DNA of 50,495 bases, taken from the IMG/VR virus record IMGVR_UViG_3300028840_001404, positions 1-50,495 of that record; one strand, written 5' to 3'. A model generated the notes under the pieces. That model was not told the origin of the DNA and did no database searches. It saw nothing but the letters and a program-made list of their open reading frames with translations. The stretch is from a virus (lineage: Duplodnaviria; Caudoviricetes). Shown one piece after another: positions 10,293-18,732 of the stretch (position 1 is the stretch's first letter; every line of letters begins with the position of its first letter). The position numbers and the translations under genes are program-made.

Positions 10293-10535
10293 CTAATAGA
10301 CGTCCCCATTTTGTTTGATCTTCAAAGCCTCATAGCTTGCAGCTATACGACGATACATTTCCAACTTCATACACTCCAGTACTCCAATTACCTCATTGAT
10401 GTGTTGGTAGTTAACCCCCTTTCTGTCCAGATAATCCAGACACTCTCTTGTTAGACAATAGTTTAACTCTCCAGCATTTCTTGGATCAGTCCCTTTAGCG
10501 ATTTCGTCTCTTGCAGCTTGGGTAATATAGGGCAT
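10293..10535 (-). CDS. Conserved phage protein (DUF6899-like)
   Basis: MPYI...GELNY.LT...IGVLECMKLEMYRR...YE..KI..NGDVY signature. Confidence 0.7.
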   Translation of the reverse strand: MPYITQAARDEIAKGTDPRNAGELNYCLTRECLDYLDRKGVNYQHINEVIGVLECMKLEMYRRIAASYEALKIKQNGDVY

Positions 10536-10578
10536 GTTATAGTTCCTTTAAGGGTAAAAAGTTGGTAGTTAAGTTAAA

Positions 10579-10911
10579 CTACTTCTCTGGTGGTCTGGCC
10601 CCTCCATAAACCCAAGCATGCCAATCTGTTGAAGTTGGTTTTTGACATTTGATGATAATTGGGTCTTCACCAATCTCAATCTTGTTGTGACAGTCTAAGC
10701 ACAAAGTTTCCAAATTTGCCATGGTGTTTTTTCCTCACTTAGAACGAGGAAGAATATGGTGTGTGGTTAAATTCTTTTTTGAGCCACAGCTTCGGCATTT
10801 ACCTCCATCTCTTTTATTTACACGCTCACAGAGCCTTTTCCATTTAACCATATTAAACTGGTCTTTTCGGCTACATCCATACACTTTTGCTTGCCAAGGG
10901 TCCGCCAACAT
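10579..10911 (-). pseudogene. HNH endonuclease with an in-frame TGA (not in ORF track)
   Basis: AAGGAGG-ATG; reads RDGGKCRSCG..THHILPRSK*GKNTMANLETLCLDCHNK. TGA at 10735-10737 sits where the conserved GG is expected. Confidence 0.8.
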
Positions 10912-10976
10912 ACACCTCCTTCTTTTAATTGATTCTAGCCCCCAGAACCCCCACTTAATCGGGGTCTGGAGAGAAA

Positions 10977-11147
10977 CTAACCCGTCTCACGCTACTTGTA
11001 CAGAGGACATTCTGTGTCGGTACACAATTTTACCTCATTTGGATCATATCCACAGCACTCCAAGCACTGAAGTCGGATGGCCGATTTCCTACTACTCTTC
11101 CTTTTATTATATAATCCTCTGTATTTATTTGGTATTTCTCTAGACAT
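10977..11147 (-). pseudogene. Small Cys-rich zinc-finger protein with a premature TAG near the C-terminus
   Basis: SAIRLQCLECCGYDPNEVKLCTDTECPLYK*RETG*. First TAG at 10992-10994, where I recall this family having CPLxxYRxG. Confidence 0.55.
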
Positions 11148-11341
11148 CACAAATCCTCTGGATTGGTATTCAGACCAGCGTTGAACCCCTTTTCGTACCC
11201 CATCTTTTCGTACCCTGCAATACAGTCTTCACAAAGGTAAACGTCCAGTTCTCCCTGTTCTACACCTTGAACAGTCCAGACAAATTCTAGTTCTTTCCCA
11301 CATTCTGCACAGTAGGTTTTCATCAATTTTTCCTCCAACAA
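11147..11341 (-). CDS. Small zinc-ribbon protein
   Basis: CAEC and CEDC pairs. Confidence 0.6.
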   Translation of the reverse strand: MLEEKLMKTYCAECGKELEFVWTVQGVEQGELDVYLCEDCIAGYEKMGYEKGFNAGLNTNPEDL

Positions 11342-11398
11342 AATTGCTTTACTTCAACTCATTCCTTTGCATTCATGCAACCATTCGTTTTGTCATCC

Positions 11399-11845
11399 TC
11401 ACTCTCCAATCAGCCCGAGGGCCAGTAAACAGACGATGATGCGTTGGACGGGGCTGGCAAACATCGCGAACCATGTGTATGATTCAAACCGTGGACCACC
11501 TACACTATTCCCATTCGCTTTCCAGAAATCCTCTAATGTCATCTTGAATGGCAGCGGATATTCGCCAACAGCTTCATCCCGTAGCCTCTCCGCCACCACC
11601 TCGGGCGGATCGGTGATCGGGGGAGGGACGGGGCAGGGACGCAACCAATCAAAAGTGAATGTCTTTCCATCTTCTGTCACTTTAGCCCCACAACGGGCAC
11701 AGCATCCTCCACAGTTTTGTGGGCCATGCTCCCACTGTCCATCCCCCACCAAACCTTCCAATATAACTGTACGGAACTCAACCAACATCAGAAGGTCTTC
11801 CCAAGTCTTGTCTATCAGGTCTTTGGCAGATAGTTTCTCACTCAT
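11399..11845 (-). CDS. Hypothetical Cys/His protein, paralog of 12021-12482
   Basis: Shared EKLSAK, H..CxxCG, CPVPP.I.DPPEVV.ERL and PVQR..CLLALGLIGE. Confidence 0.8.
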   Translation of the reverse strand: MSEKLSAKDLIDKTWEDLLMLVEFRTVILEGLVGDGQWEHGPQNCGGCCARCGAKVTEDGKTFTFDWLRPCPVPPPITDPPEVVAERLRDEAVGEYPLPFKMTLEDFWKANGNSVGGPRFESYTWFAMFASPVQRIIVCLLALGLIGE

Positions 11846-11848
11846 TTC

Positions 11849-12019
11849 TTATCCTTTTATTTCTCGAACCTCAAGCACTTCCCAATCCCATTCGTCTATC
11901 TCTTCTTCCGACAGTACATTACAATTATAGGGATCGGTTTCAGTTTTTTCTAAAGATTCAGCTTCAACAACCAACTTTTTCGTTACTTTACATTGCATTA
12001 CTACAATATACTTTTTCAT
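11849..12019 (-). CDS. Small acidic hypothetical protein
   Basis: GGAG SD before MKKYIV; VEAESLE motif. Confidence 0.65.
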   Translation of the reverse strand: MKKYIVVMQCKVTKKLVVEAESLEKTETDPYNCNVLSEEEIDEWDWEVLEVREIKG

Positions 12020-12020
12020 A

Positions 12021-12482
12021 TTATTCTCCAATCAGTCCTAGAGCTAGTAAGCATATGAGGACGCGTTGGACAGGGGTGGAGTCATAGATATACCACCAAA
12101 ATCCATCTTCTCTGGTCTCAATAATTTTGTCCGCTATGGCCCCCATAGCTTCCCACCATACACATGGTCTTCGTGGGTGTTTTACTTGTACTGCCTTTAT
12201 TAACCTCTCCACCACTACCTCCGGCGGGTCCAAGATCTGGGGAGGAACGGGGCAGGCATCGGAATATCCCTTCGGTCGCGTCCACGGTATTTTCAGGTAG
12301 CCCTCGTGATTGTGCATCCACAACGTCTCGCCGCACTTGAGACATATTGCGCCTTCGCCCTCGTGTTTCCACGGCCCCTCGTCCCCCAGCCCGTGTCGCA
12401 CGGCGACGAGAAATGCCGTCATGATTTTCAGCTCTTCCCAGGACAGGGGCAGCAACTCTTTGGCGGATAGTTTCTCGTTCAT
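12021..12482 (-). CDS. Hypothetical Cys/His protein, paralog of 11399-11845
   Basis: Same motifs as its paralog. Confidence 0.8.
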   Translation of the reverse strand: MNEKLSAKELLPLSWEELKIMTAFLVAVRHGLGDEGPWKHEGEGAICLKCGETLWMHNHEGYLKIPWTRPKGYSDACPVPPQILDPPEVVVERLIKAVQVKHPRRPCVWWEAMGAIADKIIETREDGFWWYIYDSTPVQRVLICLLALGLIGE

Positions 12483-12485
12483 TTC

Positions 12486-12638
12486 TTATCCTTTTATTTC
12501 TCTAGCTTTCAAGTCTTTCCAAACTTTATTGGGTTTTCGTTTGTCTTCAGGAATAAAGTATAGACAGTTTTTTCCACACTTTGTTTTAACATAAGGACAC
12601 AGTTTAAGTTTACAATGTCCATCATCTGGAAGAGACAT
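12486..12638 (-). CDS. Small Cys-rich protein (50 aa, not in ORF track)
   Basis: MSLPDDGHCKLKLCPY...CGKNCLYF...REIKG*, fills the gap in the operon. Confidence 0.55.
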   Translation of the reverse strand: MSLPDDGHCKLKLCPYVKTKCGKNCLYFIPEDKRKPNKVWKDLKAREIKG

Positions 12639-12639
12639 A

Positions 12640-13395
12640 TTATTTCTTCTCAATCATTTGTTTACGTGCTGCATTGGATATCAGATACCATCGTCCACAG
12701 TCGGAGCAGCGGCATCTGTACCTAACAGTTCCCATGGCTGTTACCGACGGGCCTCTTGATTGTACGTTTGTTGACCCACACTTGGGGCATGACCAGTTAG
12801 GGTTACCCTCCAAGACTCCAACATGGGTATACTGTGGAGCATAATCCTCGATCAGAAGGAATAGTTCTTCTAGCAACAGAACATCCTGTTTACAGTAATT
12901 TACCATTTTCTTCAAAGCCTTCTTATCCCCATCCATCACATCATGCCAGAGCTGAATCCCACCGGTTTCTTCCTTCTGCTTCCCAAACAGCACTTGACAT
13001 AGATAGTTCAACCTATTGCTTGGGGCACGAAATTTGCTTCTCATCAATGACAGAGTATCTACTATTTTGTAAGAAGGGAATGCGGGGATACGGTGTTTCA
13101 ACATTTCCCACATAAGCCACTTTAGATCAAAGGCTTTACCATTATGTCCAACAATTTCATCAGCTTGATTCAATACTTCTACAAATTGTCTCAACATCTC
13201 TGTTTCATCCTGGTTCTTGTCCCAAGTCAGGGCATGAACTTGTTTCTCATTCTGCCACTTATAACAAATACAAATGATCTTGGCTTCCTTGGTAATGTTT
13301 TCTGGTCCAAGATTAACCTTACGTCCGATGTGCCAGAACCTTCCTTCGATCATAGACGTTTCGATATCAAAGAAGCACCTCTTGATCTTAGACAT
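12640..13395 (-). CDS. DEDDy/RNase H-like 3'-5' exonuclease with C-terminal zinc ribbon
   Basis: FFDIETS, GHNGKAFD and YCKQDV motifs; CPKCGS and CSDCG. Confidence 0.85.
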   Translation of the reverse strand: MSKIKRCFFDIETSMIEGRFWHIGRKVNLGPENITKEAKIICICYKWQNEKQVHALTWDKNQDETEMLRQFVEVLNQADEIVGHNGKAFDLKWLMWEMLKHRIPAFPSYKIVDTLSLMRSKFRAPSNRLNYLCQVLFGKQKEETGGIQLWHDVMDGDKKALKKMVNYCKQDVLLLEELFLLIEDYAPQYTHVGVLEGNPNWSCPKCGSTNVQSRGPSVTAMGTVRYRCRCSDCGRWYLISNAARKQMIEKK

Positions 13396-13440
13396 TATTG
13401 TTCTCCATATTGTTTAACAAAAATAAACCATGGTGTGATA

Positions 13441-13641
13441 TTACAAATCTTCTACCAATAAACCACCGAATGGGATTCCTCCTGGGGGATGAAAATTAAA
13501 CCAAGCTGAATCCAATCCAGTTTGTTTACACAACTTCAACTTCTTCTCCTCTGTTAAATCATATAAAGGAATAGTTTCTCCATCAATAACTATGCTTGGA
13601 CCTTCATCGCCATGATCCATATAATAATTAATCCAAACCAT
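13441..13641 (-). CDS. Hypothetical protein
   Basis: AGGAG SD, operon context. Confidence 0.6.
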   Translation of the reverse strand: MVWINYYMDHGDEGPSIVIDGETIPLYDLTEEKKLKLCKQTGLDSAWFNFHPPGGIPFGGLLVEDL

Positions 13642-13658
13642 GATCTATCTCCTAAATG

Positions 13659-13844
13659 TTATTCTTCTCTATATTGCTCAACAATAAAATCTTCTTCATG
13701 TAGGCCAGCATTGTAGGCCCGTTCCATCATAGACATAATCCAATGACCACAGCGTTCATTTGGTATCCAATGAGCAGCATTTATTTCTGAACCATGTTCA
13801 TGCAAATGACAGGATTTCTCTGTCTTTGTTATGTATAGATTCAT
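13659..13844 (-). CDS. Hypothetical protein
   Basis: ATGA overlap with the upstream gene. Confidence 0.6.
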   Translation of the reverse strand: MNLYITKTEKSCHLHEHGSEINAAHWIPNERCGHWIMSMMERAYNAGLHEEDFIVEQYREE

Positions 13845-14284
13845 TTTCTAAACCTCTTGATGGCTTGCTCTACGATTGGAGTAAAGACACGTCTGATTTC
13901 GGAGAAGTTAGCTTTTAGCAAATCAGTATAGATTATATTCTCCGACTTGCTAGAATCAACCCAACCTAGATTCTCAGCTTCCATCTCTTCAATATGACAT
14001 CCATCAGAAAGTCCTGTGAACCACCAACACCAGTTGTGGCAGTTTCTTAGGATTCTCAAATCAGTTAGTAAAATATCGTAAATGCTTAATGCTTTCTTCT
14101 CCACTAGAAGTTGCATTGCAAGATCATGTTCGCCAGGAATAAACAATTCAATATCAGGGAAACACTTTCTAACCTTGTTCCCGGCTTTGACTGCTCTTTC
14201 ACAATTCTCTTCAGCAGGGATAGAGCCATTACCACGAATACTGTGACTAAAATAGATTCTTGGTTTTGTTGGAATAAGTTTCAT
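13841..14284 (-). CDS. Nucleoside 2-deoxyribosyltransferase/N-glycosidase-like protein
   Basis: RIYFSHSIRG, FIPGEHD, DL..L..C and S.GC.IE..EA match the NDT/Rcl fold pattern. Confidence 0.6.
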   Translation of the reverse strand: MKLIPTKPRIYFSHSIRGNGSIPAEENCERAVKAGNKVRKCFPDIELFIPGEHDLAMQLLVEKKALSIYDILLTDLRILRNCHNWCWWFTGLSDGCHIEEMEAENLGWVDSSKSENIIYTDLLKANFSEIRRVFTPIVEQAIKRFRK

Positions 14285-14395
14285 CTTTTTCTCCCTTTGT
14301 AAGCATTGGCTGTCAATTCTCCAAGGCTTGCTTCCTTCTCTCCTTCTGGTGAAGCTGCTAGAACTAATACATCATCTGATAGGTGTGAACAGAGG

Positions 14396-14911
14396 CTATG
14401 GTTCTGGGATATGTTTCCACCTGAGCCCCTTACATATTTTACTGATTGCATTTTCTCCCACATTGAACATCTCCGCTAATTTTTTTAGAGAATAGTTTTT
14501 GTACTTTCTATATGCTTTGATGAATACAACGTCAAGCGGCTTAAGCTTGCTGTGAGGGTGGTTCTCTCCTTTGCCAAACTGGAAAGGGGACAAGTCTGTA
14601 TTTCGTCCATGTCGAACTGTGTCCAAAGAGTTTTCTTTGGATGTACCCCAAGCCAGATTTTCCAAGCTGTTGTCAAATGAGTTGCCATTCAAGTGTCTAG
14701 TTATCATACCTTCTGGCCTGGGCCCAACAAAGGTTTCTAATATCAACGCATGGACAAACTTCCTCTCTCCATGAACTAACCAAACAGCAAGATATTTACC
14801 ATCATGTTTCGTTCCAGATAGAAATCTCTTCTTTTTCTTGGACCATATCCTACCATCTGGTGTTGCTAAATGGTTTGGATAATTAGGAATCTCTTTCGCG
14901 TCGGTAAGCAT
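14396..14911 (-). CDS. NUMOD4-type HNH homing endonuclease
   Basis: IPNYP..ATPDGRIWS, VHALILETFVGPRP, RHLNGN..N.LENLAWGT.KEN, C-terminal HTH and W.H. Confidence 0.9.
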   Translation of the reverse strand: MLTDAKEIPNYPNHLATPDGRIWSKKKKRFLSGTKHDGKYLAVWLVHGERKFVHALILETFVGPRPEGMITRHLNGNSFDNSLENLAWGTSKENSLDTVRHGRNTDLSPFQFGKGENHPHSKLKPLDVVFIKAYRKYKNYSLKKLAEMFNVGENAISKICKGLRWKHIPEP

Positions 14912-15302
14912 GTGGTAACAACTCCCCTAAAGTATATTCTTCAGTTCCATTTTCACCACCAAACAACATGAGAAGGTCGTTTGGGAACCATGTTGATAGG
15001 GCCTGTAGACAGCACCCACAACTTTTATGTGGACCAGTTGGACACCAAACGGCCAGGGCGGTGACATCATGGGCTCTAAATCCTCCAGCAAATAATCTAC
15101 ATAAAGCAGCTACCTCTGCATGCACCGCTGGATGTCCATTAAACTCCACATTTCCACCAACAACAATGTGGGAGGGTATACCTCGTTCTCTTGCTTCTGT
15201 CCTAATTGCACAGCCTACAGTGAAGTTGCTCTTGAATGCCTTAGAATTGCAGGCAGCCAAACGTGCTGCTGTGATAAGAGACTCTTTTTCCATCGTTGTC
15301 AT
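14883..15302 (-). CDS. cdd: Cytidine deaminase
   Basis: SNFTVGCAI, GGNVE, HAE, SCGCCLQ (PCGxC-like) and ELLPHAY tail of homotetrameric Cdd. Confidence 0.8.
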   Translation of the reverse strand: MTTMEKESLITAARLAACNSKAFKSNFTVGCAIRTEARERGIPSHIVVGGNVEFNGHPAVHAEVAALCRLFAGGFRAHDVTALAVWCPTGPHKSCGCCLQALSTWFPNDLLMLFGGENGTEEYTLGELLPHAYRRERDS

Positions 15303-15320
15303 TCTCTACCTCCTTAAAAA

Positions 15321-15424
15321 AGATAAACCGGGGACAGTGAATAAACAATTATACTCCACGTCCACCACGATATAGAGTCCTGTCTTTCGCACTAGTCCCC
15401 GGCATCTATAGTCCCCGGTATCTA
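15321..15424 (-). promoter_or_regulatory. Structured leader/terminator-like RNA upstream of cdd
   Basis: CCGGGGAC(T)AGTG pairs with CACTGTCCCCGG around inner stems, followed by a U run and AAGGAGG. Contains a 16-nt tandem duplication. Confidence 0.55.
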
Positions 15425-15727
15425 TCAAAATTTCTGAACGATCCACTCTTCCTCAAAGTTCTCACACGTATTGCTTAATGGGTACTTCAATCCAATCCGA
15501 TGTCTGGAAGCTGCACGACAAATTGATTTGTAGTTCTCATATGCTTCTGGTCTCCATTTCCTTACCGCTCTCAATCTTTGAAAAATGGACTGCCTAGTTA
15601 CTCCAAGCAGCATTGCTGTTTCAGAAATAGTTAACCCCATGCCAATAGGGGCAGGTGTGCAGCAAATCAAAGTTTCCATCTGCTTGCGAGTTACAGGTCT
15701 GATGTAGCTTCCTTTAGGCATTGTCAA
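15425..15727 (-). CDS. Sigma70 region-4-like HTH DNA-binding protein
   Basis: GLTISETAMLLGVTRQSIFQRL HTH; resembles 33946-34296. Confidence 0.7.
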   Translation of the reverse strand: MTMPKGSYIRPVTRKQMETLICCTPAPIGMGLTISETAMLLGVTRQSIFQRLRAVRKWRPEAYENYKSICRAASRHRIGLKYPLSNTCENFEEEWIVQKF

Positions 15728-16037
15728 ATACCCCTCGTTCCCACAGTAGCCCTTCCAAAAGGATTGTATAGCATCTGATATCCCCGGTCTTCTCTAACCA
15801 CTGCTTTTTCGATATAGGTTTGTCAGGAAACTCTCTAATAAAATCTCCGAGAGCAACAATATGTTTGGTCACAAATCCCCACAAAGCTTGTTCAGGAGTG
15901 CAACCAAGGAATTCTGCTGCCTGTTTGAAATTACTAAGTCTATCTCCATAAGCATATTCCTCCCCTTTTTTGCTCAGTGTTTGTCTAATGTCTTCTATAG
16001 CATCTTCTACTAGATAGTTAAACTCTTCATTGGTCAT
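15714..16037 (-). CDS. MazG-like all-alpha NTP pyrophosphohydrolase / nucleotide-modification-associated protein
   Basis: KKGEEYA..DRLSNFK, TKH, EKTGD..Y.ILL; GGAG SD supports the MTNEEF start. Confidence 0.6.
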   Translation of the reverse strand: MTNEEFNYLVEDAIEDIRQTLSKKGEEYAYGDRLSNFKQAAEFLGCTPEQALWGFVTKHIVALGDFIREFPDKPISKKQWLEKTGDIRCYTILLEGLLWERGVFDNA

Positions 16038-16192
16038 TATTGATCTCCCAACAGGTGGAACATAATCAGACAGCCAATACCAACCAAGATTGTGTCTAGT
16101 TGTTCCTCTAGAGAGCAATTAAATAAGTGATGAGCCAACACCAATATGGCTCCGTAACCTAAACCAATCCACATTTTAGTTGTCTGCTTCAT
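16037..16192 (-). CDS. Small two-TM membrane protein (51 aa, not in ORF track)
   Basis: MKQTTKMWIGLGYGAILVLAH...ILVGIGCLIMFHLL; overlaps both neighbours (ATGA/TAATG). Confidence 0.55.
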   Translation of the reverse strand: MKQTTKMWIGLGYGAILVLAHHLFNCSLEEQLDTILVGIGCLIMFHLLGDQ

Positions 16193-16440
16193 CTTCCATC
16201 TCCTTCAATTAGTCCATACTTATCTGTCCAATCTCTCCAGTCTTGATATAGTTGTTGTTTTGTAGCTGCTACCTCAATTGTTATAACTTCTGGTTCCTTG
16301 TTTGGGGAAAACCCGCAACGGAAATATTCAAACCCTCCATCAACGAAGACTTTTTTACATGAACAAAAATGAAAATCATGTGTGGCACGAGAATAAATCA
16401 AATCGCCACAGTTAGGACATTTCACTGCTTGAACTTTCAT
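16189..16440 (-). CDS. Zinc-ribbon protein
   Basis: KCPNCGD.IYSR..HDF..CSC...VDGG..Y. Confidence 0.75.
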   Translation of the reverse strand: MKVQAVKCPNCGDLIYSRATHDFHFCSCKKVFVDGGFEYFRCGFSPNKEPEVITIEVAATKQQLYQDWRDWTDKYGLIEGDGR

Positions 16441-16590
16441 TCTCTGCCCCTCCTAAAAGGTTATCAAACTCTTCATCCCAAGGCGATTGTTGACTGCCTT
16501 GACAAAACATACAGACGGTTTTTATTGGGTCTCCGTCTGCAACCTCATCAAAATAATATCCTAGTCCATCACAATACTTACATTTTGCCA

Positions 16591-16788
16591 TCAGTTTCCC
16601 TCCTGTCTCCTAACTATATCCTGTCCTGGCCAACCAGTTCCTTTTAGGATGAAACCTCCAATTTTAGAGATCAATCTATGGGTCGTTTCTTTTTTACACA
16701 TCGGACAAGTAGCTAGGTTTTTTGAATGGATTGATTGTTGAACTTCAAACTCGTTTCCGCATTTGCATCTGTATTGATAGGTTGGCAT
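16591..16788 (-). CDS. FmdB-family zinc-ribbon protein
   Basis: MPTYQYRC.CG..FE...CPMC...F.LKG.GW. Confidence 0.85.
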   Translation of the reverse strand: MPTYQYRCKCGNEFEVQQSIHSKNLATCPMCKKETTHRLISKIGGFILKGTGWPGQDIVRRQEGN

Positions 16789-16932
16789 TTCAATGTATCC
16801 TCATAAATTGGCTTTCCCCAGACCAAGTAACTTGCTCTAGTCTCTCTCCATGATTTCTCCTTTTTTGGATGGCATGGATATAAACCCACTCTCCTATGTC
16901 AAACTTTAGATCAATCGGTTTCATCGTACGCC

Positions 16933-17619
16933 TCACAGAGTTGCCTTAGTAGCTGCAACCACTTTTTGAGTCTCTGCATCCTGGGCCTTACTGAGTTCAG
17001 TCTTCAATGCTGCTAGAATCAAGTCCATAGTCTCCAAGGGATCACTGCCTTCCTGTTGGATGGTCGTGGATAGGCTCTCTTTTAGCTCCTTAAACTTCTG
17101 CACTCCCACAACTACTTGCTTGAACTGGTCTTCTTTAAGGCCAATTTCATCATTCAGCGCAGCCATTGCCTCTTCAACTTCTTGTGGAGACCAATCCCCA
17201 GGCTTACGTCGCATCAATCCAAGCAGGCCAGTGAATCCTCCCATACCGGCCAACCCCAAGCCCATGGAGAACAAACCTTTTTCTGAAAACAGCAGCTCTT
17301 CTCTAGCATTGGCTTGGGCCAAGTTCTTAGTCACAATATCATTGATTTGGCTATAATCAATTTCCAAATCTTCAATACTATGCTTAAGAACATTTAGCTG
17401 AATTTCATAAGCCATGTCTACATAGCTATCAAGCTTCTCTGCTTTCTGAAGACTGGGCCAACCAGAGAATTCATTAGGCTCTGCAATTCCAGCCTCAGTC
17501 ACAAACTCTACTGCCCTTTGGTCAATATCAGCAGGAGTCACAATGTGTGACAGGCTGGCACATCCCACACCTAGGCCAATTAATACAACGGACATTGCCA
17601 CCACAAGATACTTACCCAT
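16933..17619 (-). CDS. Lipoprotein with internal Gly-rich hydrophobic helix and coiled coils
   Basis: Signal peptide with lipobox LGVGC (Cys20); GLFSMGLGLAGMGGFTGLLGLM segment. Confidence 0.7.
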   Translation of the reverse strand: MGKYLVVAMSVVLIGLGVGCASLSHIVTPADIDQRAVEFVTEAGIAEPNEFSGWPSLQKAEKLDSYVDMAYEIQLNVLKHSIEDLEIDYSQINDIVTKNLAQANAREELLFSEKGLFSMGLGLAGMGGFTGLLGLMRRKPGDWSPQEVEEAMAALNDEIGLKEDQFKQVVVGVQKFKELKESLSTTIQQEGSDPLETMDLILAALKTELSKAQDAETQKVVAATKATL

Positions 17620-17640
17620 TTTCGTTCTCCTGTGTTTTGG

Positions 17641-18225
17641 TTACTTGACAATCTTAACATTTTTGCCCAAAGCCTTACAAACTTCGGCTACTGTCATTTC
17701 CACCGGTCCTTCTTCTACTTTCTCCAAAACAAACCAAGGATAACTGTATCCGTTCCCAAGAAAAAGACCACTACTATAAGACCCAAAATCCATCACTTTT
17801 TGTCTTGATCCAACAGAATCATCCATAAATTTAGTCCAAGAATTGTTCCAGCCACATTCCATACTTTTTGCCTTCCTCAAAACTCGAACTCTATCACCGA
17901 TTTGGATATTGTGTTTTTGTTTCCACCCCTGTTCCAGCGTTTCATAAGCGTTCTTTTTTGTGCCTGTCTTCTTAACAATACCAGACTTTACCTTCTCCAA
18001 AACAAACCAAGGGTACCAGAAATTGTCTTCCAACAAAAAACCAGAATTGGGGTTAATGAACTTAACCACAAGCTCCTTGCCAATGGCTTCATCCATAAGG
18101 TAATCCCAACAAGTTCCCCATCCACTTTCTTTATCCTTCGCTTTTCGCAACACCTTAATGGTGTCACCAATCTTGATACCACAACACTCTTGCAGTTTTG
18201 TGTAAGCTTCTTTTTCAGTCATCAA
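17641..18225 (-). CDS. Protein with two tandem KOW/SH3-like repeats
   Basis: I.IGD...VLRKAK..E.GW...W...MD...G...YPWFVLEKV occurs twice; C-terminal EMTVAEVCKALG.NVKIVK. Confidence 0.8.
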   Translation of the reverse strand: MMTEKEAYTKLQECCGIKIGDTIKVLRKAKDKESGWGTCWDYLMDEAIGKELVVKFINPNSGFLLEDNFWYPWFVLEKVKSGIVKKTGTKKNAYETLEQGWKQKHNIQIGDRVRVLRKAKSMECGWNNSWTKFMDDSVGSRQKVMDFGSYSSGLFLGNGYSYPWFVLEKVEEGPVEMTVAEVCKALGKNVKIVK

Positions 18226-18582
18226 TCAACCCTTTCATTAATCAGCAATTGAGTTAAACAAAGCAATCAGTTCCAGAACGAATAGTATATACACCACTAT
18301 TTGTAGATATCTAATTGCTCTCATTTGTTTATCCTCACCAAACTTTAGTTGGATGAACTGTTGTTTGTTTTCCACAAGCTGGACAGACGTGTATATACGT
18401 CTTGTTTACTACTAGATATCTGGGGGGATTGTGTCCAGGATGGTGGCAGGTTTCTTGTTCTTTTGATTTCCATAATTCTTTTGTTTTATTTTCTTGAATC
18501 ATATTTTTCTCCTAGTGATATGTTGAGTATCCAGCAAAACAGATCAGGAATACAATTGATAGTGCAACGAAGTGTAGTTCTG

Positions 18583-18732
18583 TCATTCAACTTTCTCCTC
18601 AGTATAAAAAGCATCCAAAGGTCTCAAGCTCTGCACAAACTCCGCAGCTTTTACTTCGGTATCGAATATAGCTGCCAATACATCATGTCCTGGCTCATAT
18701 TCTGATGGTTTAAAGACAACATACACCTTCAT
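18583..18732 (-). CDS. Small hypothetical protein (49 aa, not in ORF track)
   Basis: MKVYVVF...AIFDTEVKAAEFV, a common small phage motif; GGAGG upstream. Confidence 0.55.
   Translation of the reverse strand: MKVYVVFKPSEYEPGHDVLAAIFDTEVKAAEFVQSLRPLDAFYTEEKVE

Larger units (their letters stand above)
11821..12502 (+). repeat. 45-bp direct repeat pair (11821-11865 and 12458-12502, 3 mismatches)
   Basis: ctttggcagatagtttctcactcatttcttatccttttatttctc vs ctttggcggatagtttctcgttcatttcttatccttttatttctc. Confidence 0.9.

Noticed and set aside
11399-12482. Diversity-generating retroelement TR/VR pair
   Set aside because: No reverse transcriptase, and the differences are not adenine-specific.
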